Part shown: piece after piece, positions 10,701 through 18,472 of the stretch
How the letters are laid out: each line of letters opens with the position of its first letter
Numbering within the stretch: position 1 is the stretch's first letter
Assembly: GCA_036488585.1 (NCBI GenBank)
Contig: DASXHH010000008.1
Location: forward strand, 3,069 to 67,068
Direction of reading: 5' to 3'
Length of the DNA: 64,000 bases
Source of the DNA: Candidatus Saccharimonadia bacterium
GTDB lineage: Bacteria > Patescibacteriota > Saccharimonadia > UBA4664
Position numbers and translations under genes: made by a program
Notes under the pieces: generated by a model
The model's database searches: none
Seen by the model: only the letters and a program-made list of their open reading frames with translations
What the model was told of the DNA's origin: nothing

Positions 10701-13411
10701 CCAGTACCTCCCGTCGCGTGCAGCGCAATGCTAGTCGGCGAAGCATCCGTCACACCCGATCCAAAATACGCATCCTGAACGTAAAAACCGGATGAAGTCG
10801 AACCTCCCACCACCAGCTCATTACTAGCCCCAGCCACCGCACTTGTACCAATGGCAATACTACTAGCGGCCGCGTTGGCGTGTACACCTATTGCCACGCC
10901 ATATGCAGCCGCTGCCGTGCCATACCCCAAAGCGACCCCACCCGGTCCAGTAGTATTGGCACCGTATCCAACAGCCGTACTGTACTGAGTCGCTATTGCC
11001 GAATAGCCGAAAGCCGCGCCCTGCGCCGCCGCTACTGCACTGTCGCCAGCCGCCACGGCCTGAGTCCCCGATAGTGACGCGTTTAAGCCAAACGACTCAC
11101 TATTGGTATAGCCCTGCGTATTAGTAATGTATGCATTTGGCCCCTGCAAATTCAAACCGGTGTTATACCCCAGGTCTACCGCATTTGAACTTGAATCGGA
11201 CGTCAATGCCGATCCAGATGCCGTATAAGTGGCATAAATAGACGCTTCATAGCTCGTATCGTAGAAGGTGCCCGCCCCGGTCACCGAACCAAACGACGCC
11301 GGCATGCTACCGCCAAACGCCCGGGTATTAAATACGAACGGCGACCCCGCGCCAGATGGGTTCACCAACGCCTCATCGCTCAGTGTCGAGTCGTTAGTCC
11401 AAAACGCCAGCCAATAGGTAGTGTTAGCCGCCAGCGTCACGCCGGAAATCGCCATCGCGTTCCAGGAATTACCTGTCAGTCCTGTCTGTGCAGTAGAGGA
11501 GATTAGCGTTGACGGACAATCTGGGTTCGGCGAACAACCCGAGCTGGTATCGGCGTAAATACCCATCTGGCCAAGGGCTCCACCGGTAACTCCCGAGTGT
11601 ATGTACACAGACATACTCCCGATTGAACCTGCCCCTGTCGGAGAGGTAGTAAACTTTTGAGCCGTCAGCAAACCATAGTCCGAAGCACCAGCCGTCCCAA
11701 TCGTGCCGTTTCCTAGCGTCCCAGTCGGCGCCTTACCCAACGTCACCTTATCAGCATCTGTAGCCTTCAGTAGCTCGAAACCTCCCGAATCTTGCACATC
11801 GAGCACCGTTGAGTTGGCACTGGCGTTTTGCACGCTTAATGTCGCACTCGGCGAAGCGCCGTCAATGCCCACCCGACCGCTCGCCGTATCCACTACCAGA
11901 TCCGCGGTGGTACCAGTGCCGTTCTTCACCTGAAAAGCCGTGGATGAATCATGACCACTGGTCGGTTGCACCAACGCCGTACCGTTGATGGTGGTCGCGA
12001 TGTTACTGGTAGTGTTGCCAAGATTGATGGCGTTGGCGTTTAGATTGCCTACGGTCAATGCACCAGCACTGGCAGTATCCAGCCGTGGGCCATAAAACGC
12101 CGTGGTCGCAGTGACGGTGCCGGTAAAGTTTGCTGCCGCCGAAATAGTTTGGCCGTTTACTGTATCGGTAGTGCTTGAGCCGCCATTTTGCGTTACATTG
12201 CCACTCGAATCCACCGCAAATTTACTAACACTCCCCGACTGCAGATCAATCAGGTTGCCACTTGGGCTACTGGCCGTGTTATTGGCCACGATCAGCGCGT
12301 TGCCCGATCCCGGGTTGCCGCTGGCTGTCACGTACAGCGCGTCGCCGGTGTTGGTCTGGTTGTCGAGCGACAGCACCCCGCTCGCCACCGCCGAGCTGGT
12401 GTTCTTAAAACCATACAGATAGTTCGTAGCCGTCACCGCAAACTGCGAGGTATCAGCCGCATTCTTGGCCAAGTAACTACCTGCCACCTGGTAAGTCGCA
12501 CTACAAGTGCTGGCCACCGTGGTGCACACCGTGCCACCCGCATCCGGGAACGTAATCGTATTGTTATGCGTTGGCGTGGTGAACCCAACTGTCGTCGTGT
12601 TGATACCGTTAGTCGCCGTCAGTGTCGAGGTCGAGTTGCCCTGAATCACAAACGGCGTGGTCGTGCGGCCGATCTTGATATTGCTGGCCATACCGGTACC
12701 GATGTCGAGCTCTACCCCGGTAGTCGTATCCACCAGCGGCGCTTGCAGGCTAGTATTTGCGATCACATTACCGGTCACCGCCAGCGAACCAGTCTGCGCG
12801 CTCTCCGAACCCACTGTCTGTAGCTGCCCAAACGCACTCGAGTCCAACCCGTCCAGCAGATTCGAGTTCATCGCATACGGTGCGGCCGTAAACCGGATCA
12901 TCGGCAGCATCTCACCATCGCCGCCAGCAGCTCCAAACGTCACCGCAGTCGAGGTGCCACCCAGATTGATCGATAGCCAGATGGTGTTGTTGTTAAAAAT
13001 CGCCGGTAGCGACGTAATCGAGCCCAGGTCCACCTGGAACACGCCATCCGTTACCGTCACCCGGTTATCCGGCGAACCGCTGCCGTACACGTGATCCTCG
13101 GTCCATTGCAACGTGCCACCACATGGAGAACTCCCGCCACTCACGCACCCGTTACCACCGGTATAAAGCTTGAATTCTACGTTGTAGGTGCCGTTCGGTA
13201 CATTGGTCCCATCGGTGTTTACCAGCTTGCCCTGGAAGTTAATCTGGTTGTTAATCGCCGCCACGGCCGTACCCGGCTGCATCACTGCCACCAGTCCGCT
13301 CAGTAAGACCCCAAAAACACCAGTCACCGCTAGGGCCCTGGTTACTGCGATCCGGCGGTCTGTACCGGCTACCCTGCCTATGCGCCTGATCAGACGATAG
13401 AGGTCGCTCAC
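7739..13411 (-). CDS. Giant (1890 aa) secreted/anchored fibrous surface protein, Gly/Thr/Ser/Asn/Ala-rich, with a GGAGG-type Gly-rich tract and a Cys-containing C-terminal globular domain
   Basis: N-terminal signal anchor (ALAVTGVFGVLLSGLVAVMQPGTAVAA). Very low-complexity G/T/S/A/N composition. Internal …GAGGTTGAGGVASLTGGAGGGGNTAGG… tract around nt 9450-9900. C-terminal ~230 aa hold 8 or more Cys. All plus-strand ORFs inside are Pro/Arg-rich antisense artefacts. Confidence 0.7.
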   Translation of the reverse strand: MSDLYRLIRRIGRVAGTDRRIAVTRALAVTGVFGVLLSGLVAVMQPGTAVAAINNQINFQGKLVNTDGTNVPNGTYNVEFKLYTGGNGCVSGGSSPCGGTLQWTEDHVYGSGSPDNRVTVTDGVFQVDLGSITSLPAIFNNNTIWLSINLGGTSTAVTFGAAGGDGEMLPMIRFTAAPYAMNSNLLDGLDSSAFGQLQTVGSESAQTGSLAVTGNVIANTSLQAPLVDTTTGVELDIGTGMASNIKIGRTTTPFVIQGNSTSTLTATNGINTTTVGFTTPTHNNTITFPDAGGTVCTTVASTCSATYQVAGSYLAKNAADTSQFAVTATNYLYGFKNTSSAVASGVLSLDNQTNTGDALYVTASGNPGSGNALIVANNTASSPSGNLIDLQSGSVSKFAVDSSGNVTQNGGSSTTDTVNGQTISAAANFTGTVTATTAFYGPRLDTASAGALTVGNLNANAINLGNTTSNIATTINGTALVQPTSGHDSSTAFQVKNGTGTTADLVVDTASGRVGIDGASPSATLSVQNASANSTVLDVQDSGGFELLKATDADKVTLGKAPTGTLGNGTIGTAGASDYGLLTAQKFTTSPTGAGSIGSMSVYIHSGVTGGALGQMGIYADTSSGCSPNPDCPSTLISSTAQTGLTGNSWNAMAISGVTLAANTTYWLAFWTNDSTLSDEALVNPSGAGSPFVFNTRAFGGSMPASFGSVTGAGTFYDTSYEASIYATYTASGSALTSDSSSNAVDLGYNTGLNLQGPNAYITNTQGYTNSESFGLNASLSGTQAVAAGDSAVAAAQGAAFGYSAIATQYSTAVGYGANTTGPGGVALGYGTAAAAYGVAIGVHANAAASSIAIGTSAVAGASNELVVGGSTSSGFYVQDAYFGSGVTDASPTSIALHATGGTGSNIAGASFTIAGGIGTGTGNGGDINFKIAKPGSTGSSANSLSTAVTISGVTGNLIANNSVTVGSTGSSTLFKNNGATQNVVCAYTGASGTLSFTSPKSVNDCTTFTITDTGTTTLTSASIGTPTAGAGSIIYISNLVASTSAITVVGQSVPVGNIIMLIYDGSNWTTTFNSAGSVVKLQDAYNNSAGAQPSILETLTNKAVTVQSAISSGMSAGQELFGVRAAQTGDTLGASILTVTSYGLGINVGGTATNPAVQSGIDLQFGVGADRVLAVDDQTATNTAGNKLTVRSAAGNGTGAGGNLVLVAGAGGTTGAGGVASLTGGAGGGGNTAGGDSNVVGGAGAGTGNGGTVHVTGGAAGSSGAGGLVVIAATNGGSGAASSQGAGGSITLQGGNALANNNAGGSISLTAGTAHGTGSPGIVSLGSPVFNSNSESFTQSSSPQTFNVSQSDVDTYGTIVVNVTTGAFTGAIVSLPAPTNTTPGHIVLVSAASGSGSFTLSAFGMTSSVNMGAGNTSTLIWNGTNWSGTTTASSLQQVYDNTSTAPAGIITTSATKNLLFQAGVGYDNANLFQIGNSLAAPVLHVDTTNTATGANLADNSGLEGTGTTGWTATGSASLLRNISATNLASGTGSLDISLTGAGGADNDLSGTALSTSQLYNVSFNIKAGTSAPTNANLIVEYYRDATNLDATCTTPDNGTITTTGFFKWTCYFTTSATAKTTANHIRIRAADATTRHLYIDNLFVGAQSTSGSLNTGELQVGGPLSQGLTIFQLDSFANDPVAGAVNQNMLGSMYYSTTLGRIQCYEKDGWGSCGAAPDSNLILEPEYAGAVLNPGVGTDTHIGTMTANICSNAQGINATLCANSGEEFNYYQWTTSQVSAQTYSIYVKYQLPPTFGGFLNSTTLKMVGRVSSTTDADVAYSVFENSGAACGTSTNVTTSANTWQTVSYATDPNTCGFSPGDIIIFRVDMSSKNNAFSYAGRITFSMKGK

Positions 13412-13781
13412 ACCTTCACAACAGTTATGCTTAAATTCTAGCTCAAATCAGGTATAAACACAAGTAGTTTGAGTAAGGTAAAATCCACAACATGCCCGTT
13501 GAGATTGGCACCACCACCTCTTAGCACAACTCACAAATGTCCCGTGCAATTACCTATTGCAGTTCTCCGACAATCGAAACGGGCGACTATTCTTACGCTG
13601 TAAATTCAAACAGGGACCGCTCTCCCCTTTTCCATGCCAATTTCTGGCCTTTAACAAACATTTAACCTCCGTATACCTGGGGCTTGCCGCGCCAATTTTC
13701 TTGGCAATCGCCAATGCACCGTATCTGCCCACTGACTATTATTCCGGGTGTTCCTTATCAGAGAAGAAAGGAGGTAAGGAT

Positions 13782-13961
13782 ATGCCCGACACCAACAAAG
13801 AACCATCTAAGTCCAAGGACATGACTGTCCAAGAAGCCGGACGCCTGGGCGGACAACGCGAACGGGAGCTGGTTGAAGAAGGTCACCAGCGCGAGCACGC
13901 GGAAGGTCAGGACTTCGGCGAGAAGGTTGAACGCAAGTCCAAAGGCCGCCAGGAGGCCTAG
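13782..13961 (+). CDS. KGG-repeat general stress protein (YciG/GsiB-like), copy 1
   Basis: Strong SD aaggagg at 13768-13774 before the ATG at 13782. Protein MPDTNKEPSKSKDMTVQEAGRLGGQRE… has the same QEAG(R)xGG core as the two downstream copies. Confidence 0.6.
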   Translation: MPDTNKEPSKSKDMTVQEAGRLGGQRERELVEEGHQREHAEGQDFGEKVERKSKGRQEA

Positions 13962-13963
13962 TA

Positions 13964-14176
13964 ATGACCCGCGGAGTGGGAGGTAAAGGACCCGCCAATA
14001 TCATGAAGCACATGAAGGGCATCCACTTCCCCGCCAACAAGAACCAGGTGGTATCCCACGCCCGGCAGGGCGAAGGCCCGGATACTCAGGCCGTCGTGGC
14101 CGTGCTGGACCGCATCGAAGACCGCGAGTACGACAACCCCGCGGAGATACTAAAGCAAGTAGGGAGGATCGAATAA
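13964..14176 (+). CDS. DUF2795-family small protein
   Basis: MTRGVGGKGPANIMKHMKGIHFPANKNQVVSHA…DREYDNPAEILKQVG matches the DUF2795 pattern GGxGPANVxKYLKGIDFPAsKqdLi…dreYdsPadv as I recall it. Tightly packed with the KGG genes. Confidence 0.55.
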   Translation: MTRGVGGKGPANIMKHMKGIHFPANKNQVVSHARQGEGPDTQAVVAVLDRIEDREYDNPAEILKQVGRIE

Positions 14177-14364
14177 TGGCAAAGGACAAGACCAACAAGC
14201 AGATGACCGTACAGGAAGCCGGCCAGAGGGGTGGTGAAGCCACCAGTCAGAGCCACGGCCGCGAGTTTTACGAGGAGATCGGCCACAAGGGTGGCCAAAA
14301 GGGCGGGCAGCGCGTCCGCGAGCTGATCGAAGAGGGCAAAGAGGCCGAGAACGAGAAGAAATAA
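14176..14364 (+). CDS. KGG-repeat general stress protein, copy 2
   Basis: MAKDKTNKQMTVQEAGQRGGEATSQSHGREFYEEIGHKGGQKGGQRVRELIEEGKE shows stress-induced acidophilic (KGG) repeats. Near-identical to copy 3. Confidence 0.7.
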   Translation: MAKDKTNKQMTVQEAGQRGGEATSQSHGREFYEEIGHKGGQKGGQRVRELIEEGKEAENEKK

Positions 14365-14401
14365 CTATAGCTAACTTTCAACCACTAAGGAGGAAAAGAT
14401 T

Positions 14402-14608
14402 ATGGCAACTAGCAAGCGCAACCAGAACCAAGAGGGCACGATGAGCGTAAATGAGGCCGGCCGCCGCGGCGGTGAAGCCACCAGTCAAAGCCACGGCCGC
14501 GAATTTTACGAGGAGATTGGACAGAAGGGCGGCCAGCGCGTCCGCGAGCTGATCGAAGAGGGCAAAGAGGCCGAAGGCAACTCCGACAACCAGCGCTCTT
14601 CGCGCTAA
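14402..14608 (+). CDS. KGG-repeat general stress protein, copy 3
   Basis: SD aaggagg 8 nt upstream of the ATG. Protein …VNEAGRRGGEATSQSHGREFYEEIGQKGGQRVRELIEEGKEAEG. Confidence 0.7.
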   Translation: MATSKRNQNQEGTMSVNEAGRRGGEATSQSHGREFYEEIGQKGGQRVRELIEEGKEAEGNSDNQRSSR

Positions 14609-14650
14609 GCAGCCACGCCCAGCTGTACTAACACAAACACCCTACCCCTC

Positions 14651-14679
14651 GAGCGGCGCCGTAGCGCCGCTCTCTTTTT
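14651..14679 (+). terminator. Rho-independent terminator of the KGG/DUF2795 operon
   Basis: gagcggcgc(cgta)gcgccgctc hairpin at 14651-14672 followed by tctttttg. Confidence 0.6.
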
Positions 14680-14711
14680 GCTGTCCGCTTAACCTGTTAT
14701 GCTAAAAATCG

Positions 14712-15161
14712 ATGATACTATCTGGCAAACAACTCACGCTGTGCGTGGTTCTCGGAGTCCTCCTCGGCACTGGCATGATCGCCACTCACACCGGGCCCGG
14801 CCTCGCCGCTGACGTTGCCAACACGCCGCACAGCCGCAATACCGTGCGTCAAAACGACTTGAACACGCTGGCCCAAGCGCTGGCCCAATACAAAACCGAC
14901 CACACCGCTTTTCCTGTAAAACTCCCTGCCACCGACACACCCATTTGCACCAGCGCCGGCCAGGATTGCACCTCCAAGCACTACGCCGACCTCAGCTTCC
15001 TCATTACCGGCGGCGATTACCTCACCGCCATCCCGGTGGATCCAGGCCAGGCAGTTGGCCTCTGGGCCAGCGGCTACAACATCTCGCAGCTACCAGACGG
15101 CACCATCCGTCTTACCGCCCCCCAAGCCGAAGCTGGGGCCACCATCTCGGTCGTCCGCTAA
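14712..15161 (+). CDS. Secreted small protein with a pilin/pseudopilin-like segment (RQNDLNTLAQALAQYKTDHTAFP) and a Cys pair, possibly pilin-like
   Basis: N-terminal hydrophobic signal (LTLCVVLGVLLGTGMIA). The segment resembles the post-helix region of type IV pilins/GspG. No canonical G|FTLIE prepilin site. Its 3' end overlaps the convergent gene at 15112 by 50 nt. Confidence 0.35.
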   Translation: MILSGKQLTLCVVLGVLLGTGMIATHTGPGLAADVANTPHSRNTVRQNDLNTLAQALAQYKTDHTAFPVKLPATDTPICTSAGQDCTSKHYADLSFLITGGDYLTAIPVDPGQAVGLWASGYNISQLPDGTIRLTAPQAEAGATISVVR

Positions 15162-16080
15162 CGAGCCACCACACTCCGAGTCCCAGCATTGCCAATAACA
15201 GCACCGCCACCGCCCACAGCCACCAGGCGCCGGCGTACCAGAAGCTCACCCGCGCCGATTGCGTTGTGGTCGTGCCGTCGTACCGGTATACCGTGGTCGC
15301 CGTGTACCGGCCCGGCAGCCAGGCGTTGGCCAGCTGGACCAAGGGCGTCTGGTACCGCCGAAAACTTCCCGGCAAAATAATTCCTGAATCTTCATTGAGC
15401 GCGCCTCGCATCACCTGCCGGCCCAACGGGTCCTGGATCGTCACCGTCCCCCGCGGCACCACGTGCACTGCCCCGTCGTCCAAGAACCGTTCATTGACAT
15501 TAACTGGCAGACTCAGGGCTCCCCTGCCCCCCAGGGTTTGATCCACCAGCCTCAAATTTGGCGGAGCGCTACCATCCTTCAGCAAAAACAGAAGCGAGGA
15601 CAACACCTGCGTAATACCCACTCGCGAATTCTTGGCCGCATCCGTCGGGGCGGTCTGCGCTTCTGCCTCTAGTGCTGCGTAGTGGCCGCCCGACGCCAAC
15701 GACTGCGCATTATCAATCGTCATCCCAATCTGCACCGTGGCGCCGGCCGGCACCGTGGCATCGTGCTTGTCCAACGATACCCAGTTAGTAAGTCCGTGAG
15801 CTTTCTCGAAATCGCTCGTCGCATCGTTTAAAAATGCCACTCCTCCCGATTCGTCCAACGAACCAAAATCCTTAACCTCAAACCTGAACGTCTGGCTCAC
15901 CGCCGAATTGTTCGTCAACATCACCGTGTATTGCGCGCTCGCCTGGTTCTGGCCCAGACTCACCTCTTGGTACACTGGTGAGATTGTCAGCCCGGAGCCG
16001 CCACCAACCGCCAAACCAACTTGTGGCCAAGCCGCCCCCACCAGGGCCAGCGCCAGCCCCCTACTTACACGGCGCTTCAT
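15112..16080 (-). CDS. DUF916/CscA-like cell-surface protein (signal peptide, Ig-like body, C-terminal TM helix and basic tail), copy 2
   Basis: The ORF track starts at 16197, but the signal peptide begins at the in-frame ATG 16080 (MKRRVSRGLALALVGAAWPQVGLA). This ATG overlaps the upstream gene's TGA in an ATGA arrangement at 16077-16080. C-terminal WWLWAVAVLLLAMLGLGVWWLV plus an R-rich tail. Architecture matches DUF916 proteins of Gram-positive Csc/WxL loci. Confidence 0.5.
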   Translation of the reverse strand: MKRRVSRGLALALVGAAWPQVGLAVGGGSGLTISPVYQEVSLGQNQASAQYTVMLTNNSAVSQTFRFEVKDFGSLDESGGVAFLNDATSDFEKAHGLTNWVSLDKHDATVPAGATVQIGMTIDNAQSLASGGHYAALEAEAQTAPTDAAKNSRVGITQVLSSLLFLLKDGSAPPNLRLVDQTLGGRGALSLPVNVNERFLDDGAVHVVPRGTVTIQDPLGRQVMRGALNEDSGIILPGSFRRYQTPLVQLANAWLPGRYTATTVYRYDGTTTTQSARVSFWYAGAWWLWAVAVLLLAMLGLGVWWLVSGRPRWWPQLRLGGR

Positions 16081-17243
16081 CTGCGCTTGCCGAACTTGCG
16101 CACCACCTTTGTCCAGCCCATCGCCCGCCGCGCGCTCGAGTACAGTCCGAATCCGACCACCAACAGTATCGCCAGCACCACCAGCAGCATCCGCCACGGT
16201 ATCACCCAGAATGTCAGCGTACTCTCCATCGGCACATCATGCCCAAAATTATCAGGATAGGTAATTAACAGGTGCGCCGTGTACTCACCAAATCGGAAGT
16301 TAGTTAAGGGATTACGGCTTTGCTTTGCAATAAAATCATCCTCACCTGATGAAATTGCCGATGTCTTATCGGGCTCTGGCAGACCCCAATTTAGCACTCG
16401 CACCGGATTACCCTTTTTATCTATCTTGTTTTTACCGTCAATTTTTACGTCGTTGAAATATGGGAATCCATAATTCCACTCAGCACTAAAGGCCCGCGTG
16501 CTACCGCTTAGCACCATCCCCAGCTCTGAGTTTACAGTCACCAACCCAACCTGCTTATTACCCTGGGAAATGAATATGTTGCCACCGGGACGCACAAAGA
16601 CGTTGCCGTTATTTTTTAACCGCACCGTAAAATCAGTCGGCAGGAATTCCATCACTCGGTGTGCCACGCTGAATGTTGCCAGCTGAAGTGACCGGCTAGC
16701 GCCAGGACTGTCCACGCTCATCATCACCAGTACCGCCGTGCCACCGGCAATTCCGCTCTGTCCATTTCCCACCTTTATTGTGTCACCCACCCGGCTAAAC
16801 ACCACCGCGTAATAATAGGAGAAAGCCGCGGATTTAGGCACGTTTACGGTCATCTTCACCGTCTGCCAAACATCATTTGGCGCCGTAAATGTCGGCCGAT
16901 CAAACGTCACCCAATCAAAGTAATCGTCTCCCGGCCCCCGATCACTAAGTTTTGGCTGGCCCGTCTCCCCTGTGGCACTAAACTTCATCAAGCTTACCTG
17001 CAGCTGCTCGGTATCACCACCCGACTGCTTGATCTTGATGTCGGTGCTCGCACTCTGGCCGGGTTTCGTGTTGAGAACAATCGGCAAGGGCGAGGTAGTT
17101 AGCCTGAGCGGTGCGGTTGGCCGTGTCAGCGGTGTTGCGGTAGCCTTCGCCGCCTCAGCCACCCCGGTCCAAATCGGCGTTACCGGCCCCACTACCATCG
17201 CCACCGCCAAAAATAAAGCACCTAACATTTTTATATTGCCCAT
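16077..17243 (-). CDS. DUF916/CscA-like cell-surface protein (signal peptide, Ig-like body, C-terminal TM helix and K/R tail), copy 1
   Basis: N-terminal MGNIKMLGALFLAVAMVVGPVTPIWTGVAEA and C-terminal WRMLLVVLAILLVVGFGLYSSARR…KFGKRR. Body …IKIKQSGGDTEQLQVSLMKFSATGE… looks like the DUF916 N-domain. Confidence 0.55.
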   Translation of the reverse strand: MGNIKMLGALFLAVAMVVGPVTPIWTGVAEAAKATATPLTRPTAPLRLTTSPLPIVLNTKPGQSASTDIKIKQSGGDTEQLQVSLMKFSATGETGQPKLSDRGPGDDYFDWVTFDRPTFTAPNDVWQTVKMTVNVPKSAAFSYYYAVVFSRVGDTIKVGNGQSGIAGGTAVLVMMSVDSPGASRSLQLATFSVAHRVMEFLPTDFTVRLKNNGNVFVRPGGNIFISQGNKQVGLVTVNSELGMVLSGSTRAFSAEWNYGFPYFNDVKIDGKNKIDKKGNPVRVLNWGLPEPDKTSAISSGEDDFIAKQSRNPLTNFRFGEYTAHLLITYPDNFGHDVPMESTLTFWVIPWRMLLVVLAILLVVGFGLYSSARRAMGWTKVVRKFGKRR

Positions 17244-17259
17244 AACTGTAATTCTCCTT

Positions 17260-18381
17260 CTAGAAATAACCTGCCCCGACCACTGTTAGCGTATCAGTAT
17301 AGTCGGTGGCGGCTGGTGTAACGGATGTAATCGCAACACGCTCCTTTAGTAGCAAGGCGTCTCCATTTGAAGTGCCGCCCGCACATTGCCCTATCTGTTG
17401 GAAGTTAGCCGTGGCCGCTCCAGAATACCGGTCTGTGCCCAGCGGCGAACCATCAACCGAAGCGGTATTGTACTCCGGCGCCACCCCCATTGTGCAGGTA
17501 CTGGTACCGGAAGCAGCGATCGTCACTGCGAGTCCATACTTGCTCGAAACATTCGGCTGCAAATGCGTTGGTGCTGCCGCATTCCACCCCACGGATCCTA
17601 TCAATCCGGTGGAACCTCCAATACTCGTCGACTGCAAGCCTTGGTTGGCCGACTTCGCCCACGCCACCCACCCCTGCTTGGCGTTGGTGTGCACCGTCAC
17701 GGAAATACCTTGCGATTCGTTCACCGCTGTGTAATCCAAGTTGCCGGTATGAGGTACGGGATCGGTAGTGCCTCCCAGATCAAATTGGAAGATTGGCGGT
17801 ACCACCGCCGATACGTTAATTTGGTCCTGGCCGGTATCGACTACTGCAAATGCGATGTTGGCGCTATCGAGGTTCGTCGCTACATTTCCCCCCAGACTAC
17901 CAGACACGGTCGACCCGGTAACCAGCACCGACGAGTCCGTTAAGTTGAAGTTAAAGCAATACAGAGTACCAACAGTCAGTGTCATGGCCGGAGATACCGC
18001 AAAAGTGGCTGTCTTCGCCGAGTTATCCCCATCACCGTTTTGCACGTTTGTGAGTGCTGACGCCCCGCTCGGCCAGTACAGGTTACCAGAACCTACGCTG
18101 TCAGGGTCGGCAGTCGTGTTAGCTACAAAGTTTCCAGTTCCGGTAGCGAGCGTAAACGATGTCGGGAACTTGATTACCACGCTCGATGTCGAACCCGCGC
18201 TCGCCGGCTTAAAGCACACCGTGCCCCCGGTGTTCGTGCTCTTAGCCATTCGGTCCAACCGAACTAGAGCTACTTGAAGTTGACCGGCCTGAGCCCCACC
18301 CACCCACACTAAAGGGGTCAAAATGGTAGCCACAACCAACCAAACTCGCAGTCCTACTGACCGGCGCTGCCGCATGCACAC
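17260..18381 (-). CDS. Secreted protein with WxL-like C-terminal region (GWVAW…ATDYTDTLTVVGAGYF), paralog A
   Basis: Signal peptide (LRVWLVVATILTPLVWVGGAQA). Clear paralog of 18473-19756 (LVRLDRMAKSTNTGGTVCFK vs LVRLNRLHKNSVTGGTVCVK; NAKQGWVAWAKSAN vs NAKNGWVIWSKSAN). The tail YTDTLTVV resembles the WxL second motif YTGTLTWTL as I recall it. Confidence 0.5.
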   Translation of the reverse strand: MCMRQRRSVGLRVWLVVATILTPLVWVGGAQAGQLQVALVRLDRMAKSTNTGGTVCFKPASAGSTSSVVIKFPTSFTLATGTGNFVANTTADPDSVGSGNLYWPSGASALTNVQNGDGDNSAKTATFAVSPAMTLTVGTLYCFNFNLTDSSVLVTGSTVSGSLGGNVATNLDSANIAFAVVDTGQDQINVSAVVPPIFQFDLGGTTDPVPHTGNLDYTAVNESQGISVTVHTNAKQGWVAWAKSANQGLQSTSIGGSTGLIGSVGWNAAAPTHLQPNVSSKYGLAVTIAASGTSTCTMGVAPEYNTASVDGSPLGTDRYSGAATANFQQIGQCAGGTSNGDALLLKERVAITSVTPAATDYTDTLTVVGAGYF

Positions 18382-18472
18382 TCCATCACAAGTATGGAGG
18401 AATTATCTCAAAAGCATAAGCAGCTATCAAGCCCCTTATGCTTTATTTTGAGATTTGGCCCAGTCTATTGAC

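Noticed and set aside
8103-13400. Many plus-strand ORFs inside the 1890-aa gene (e.g. 9417-9986, 9647-10429, 9748-10194, 10308-10778, 12188-12823, 12657-13094)
   Set aside because: They are Pro/Arg/Ala-rich translations of the antisense of a Gly/Thr-rich GC-biased coding strand. They have no SD or start context and overlap each other in several frames. The single 5.7-kb minus-strand frame is the coherent one.
13557-13781. Long N-terminal extension of the first KGG gene in the ORF track (start 13557)
   Set aside because: The extension is hydrophobic with no relation to the KGG paralogs. A strong SD sits precisely upstream of the internal ATG at 13782, which aligns all three paralogs.
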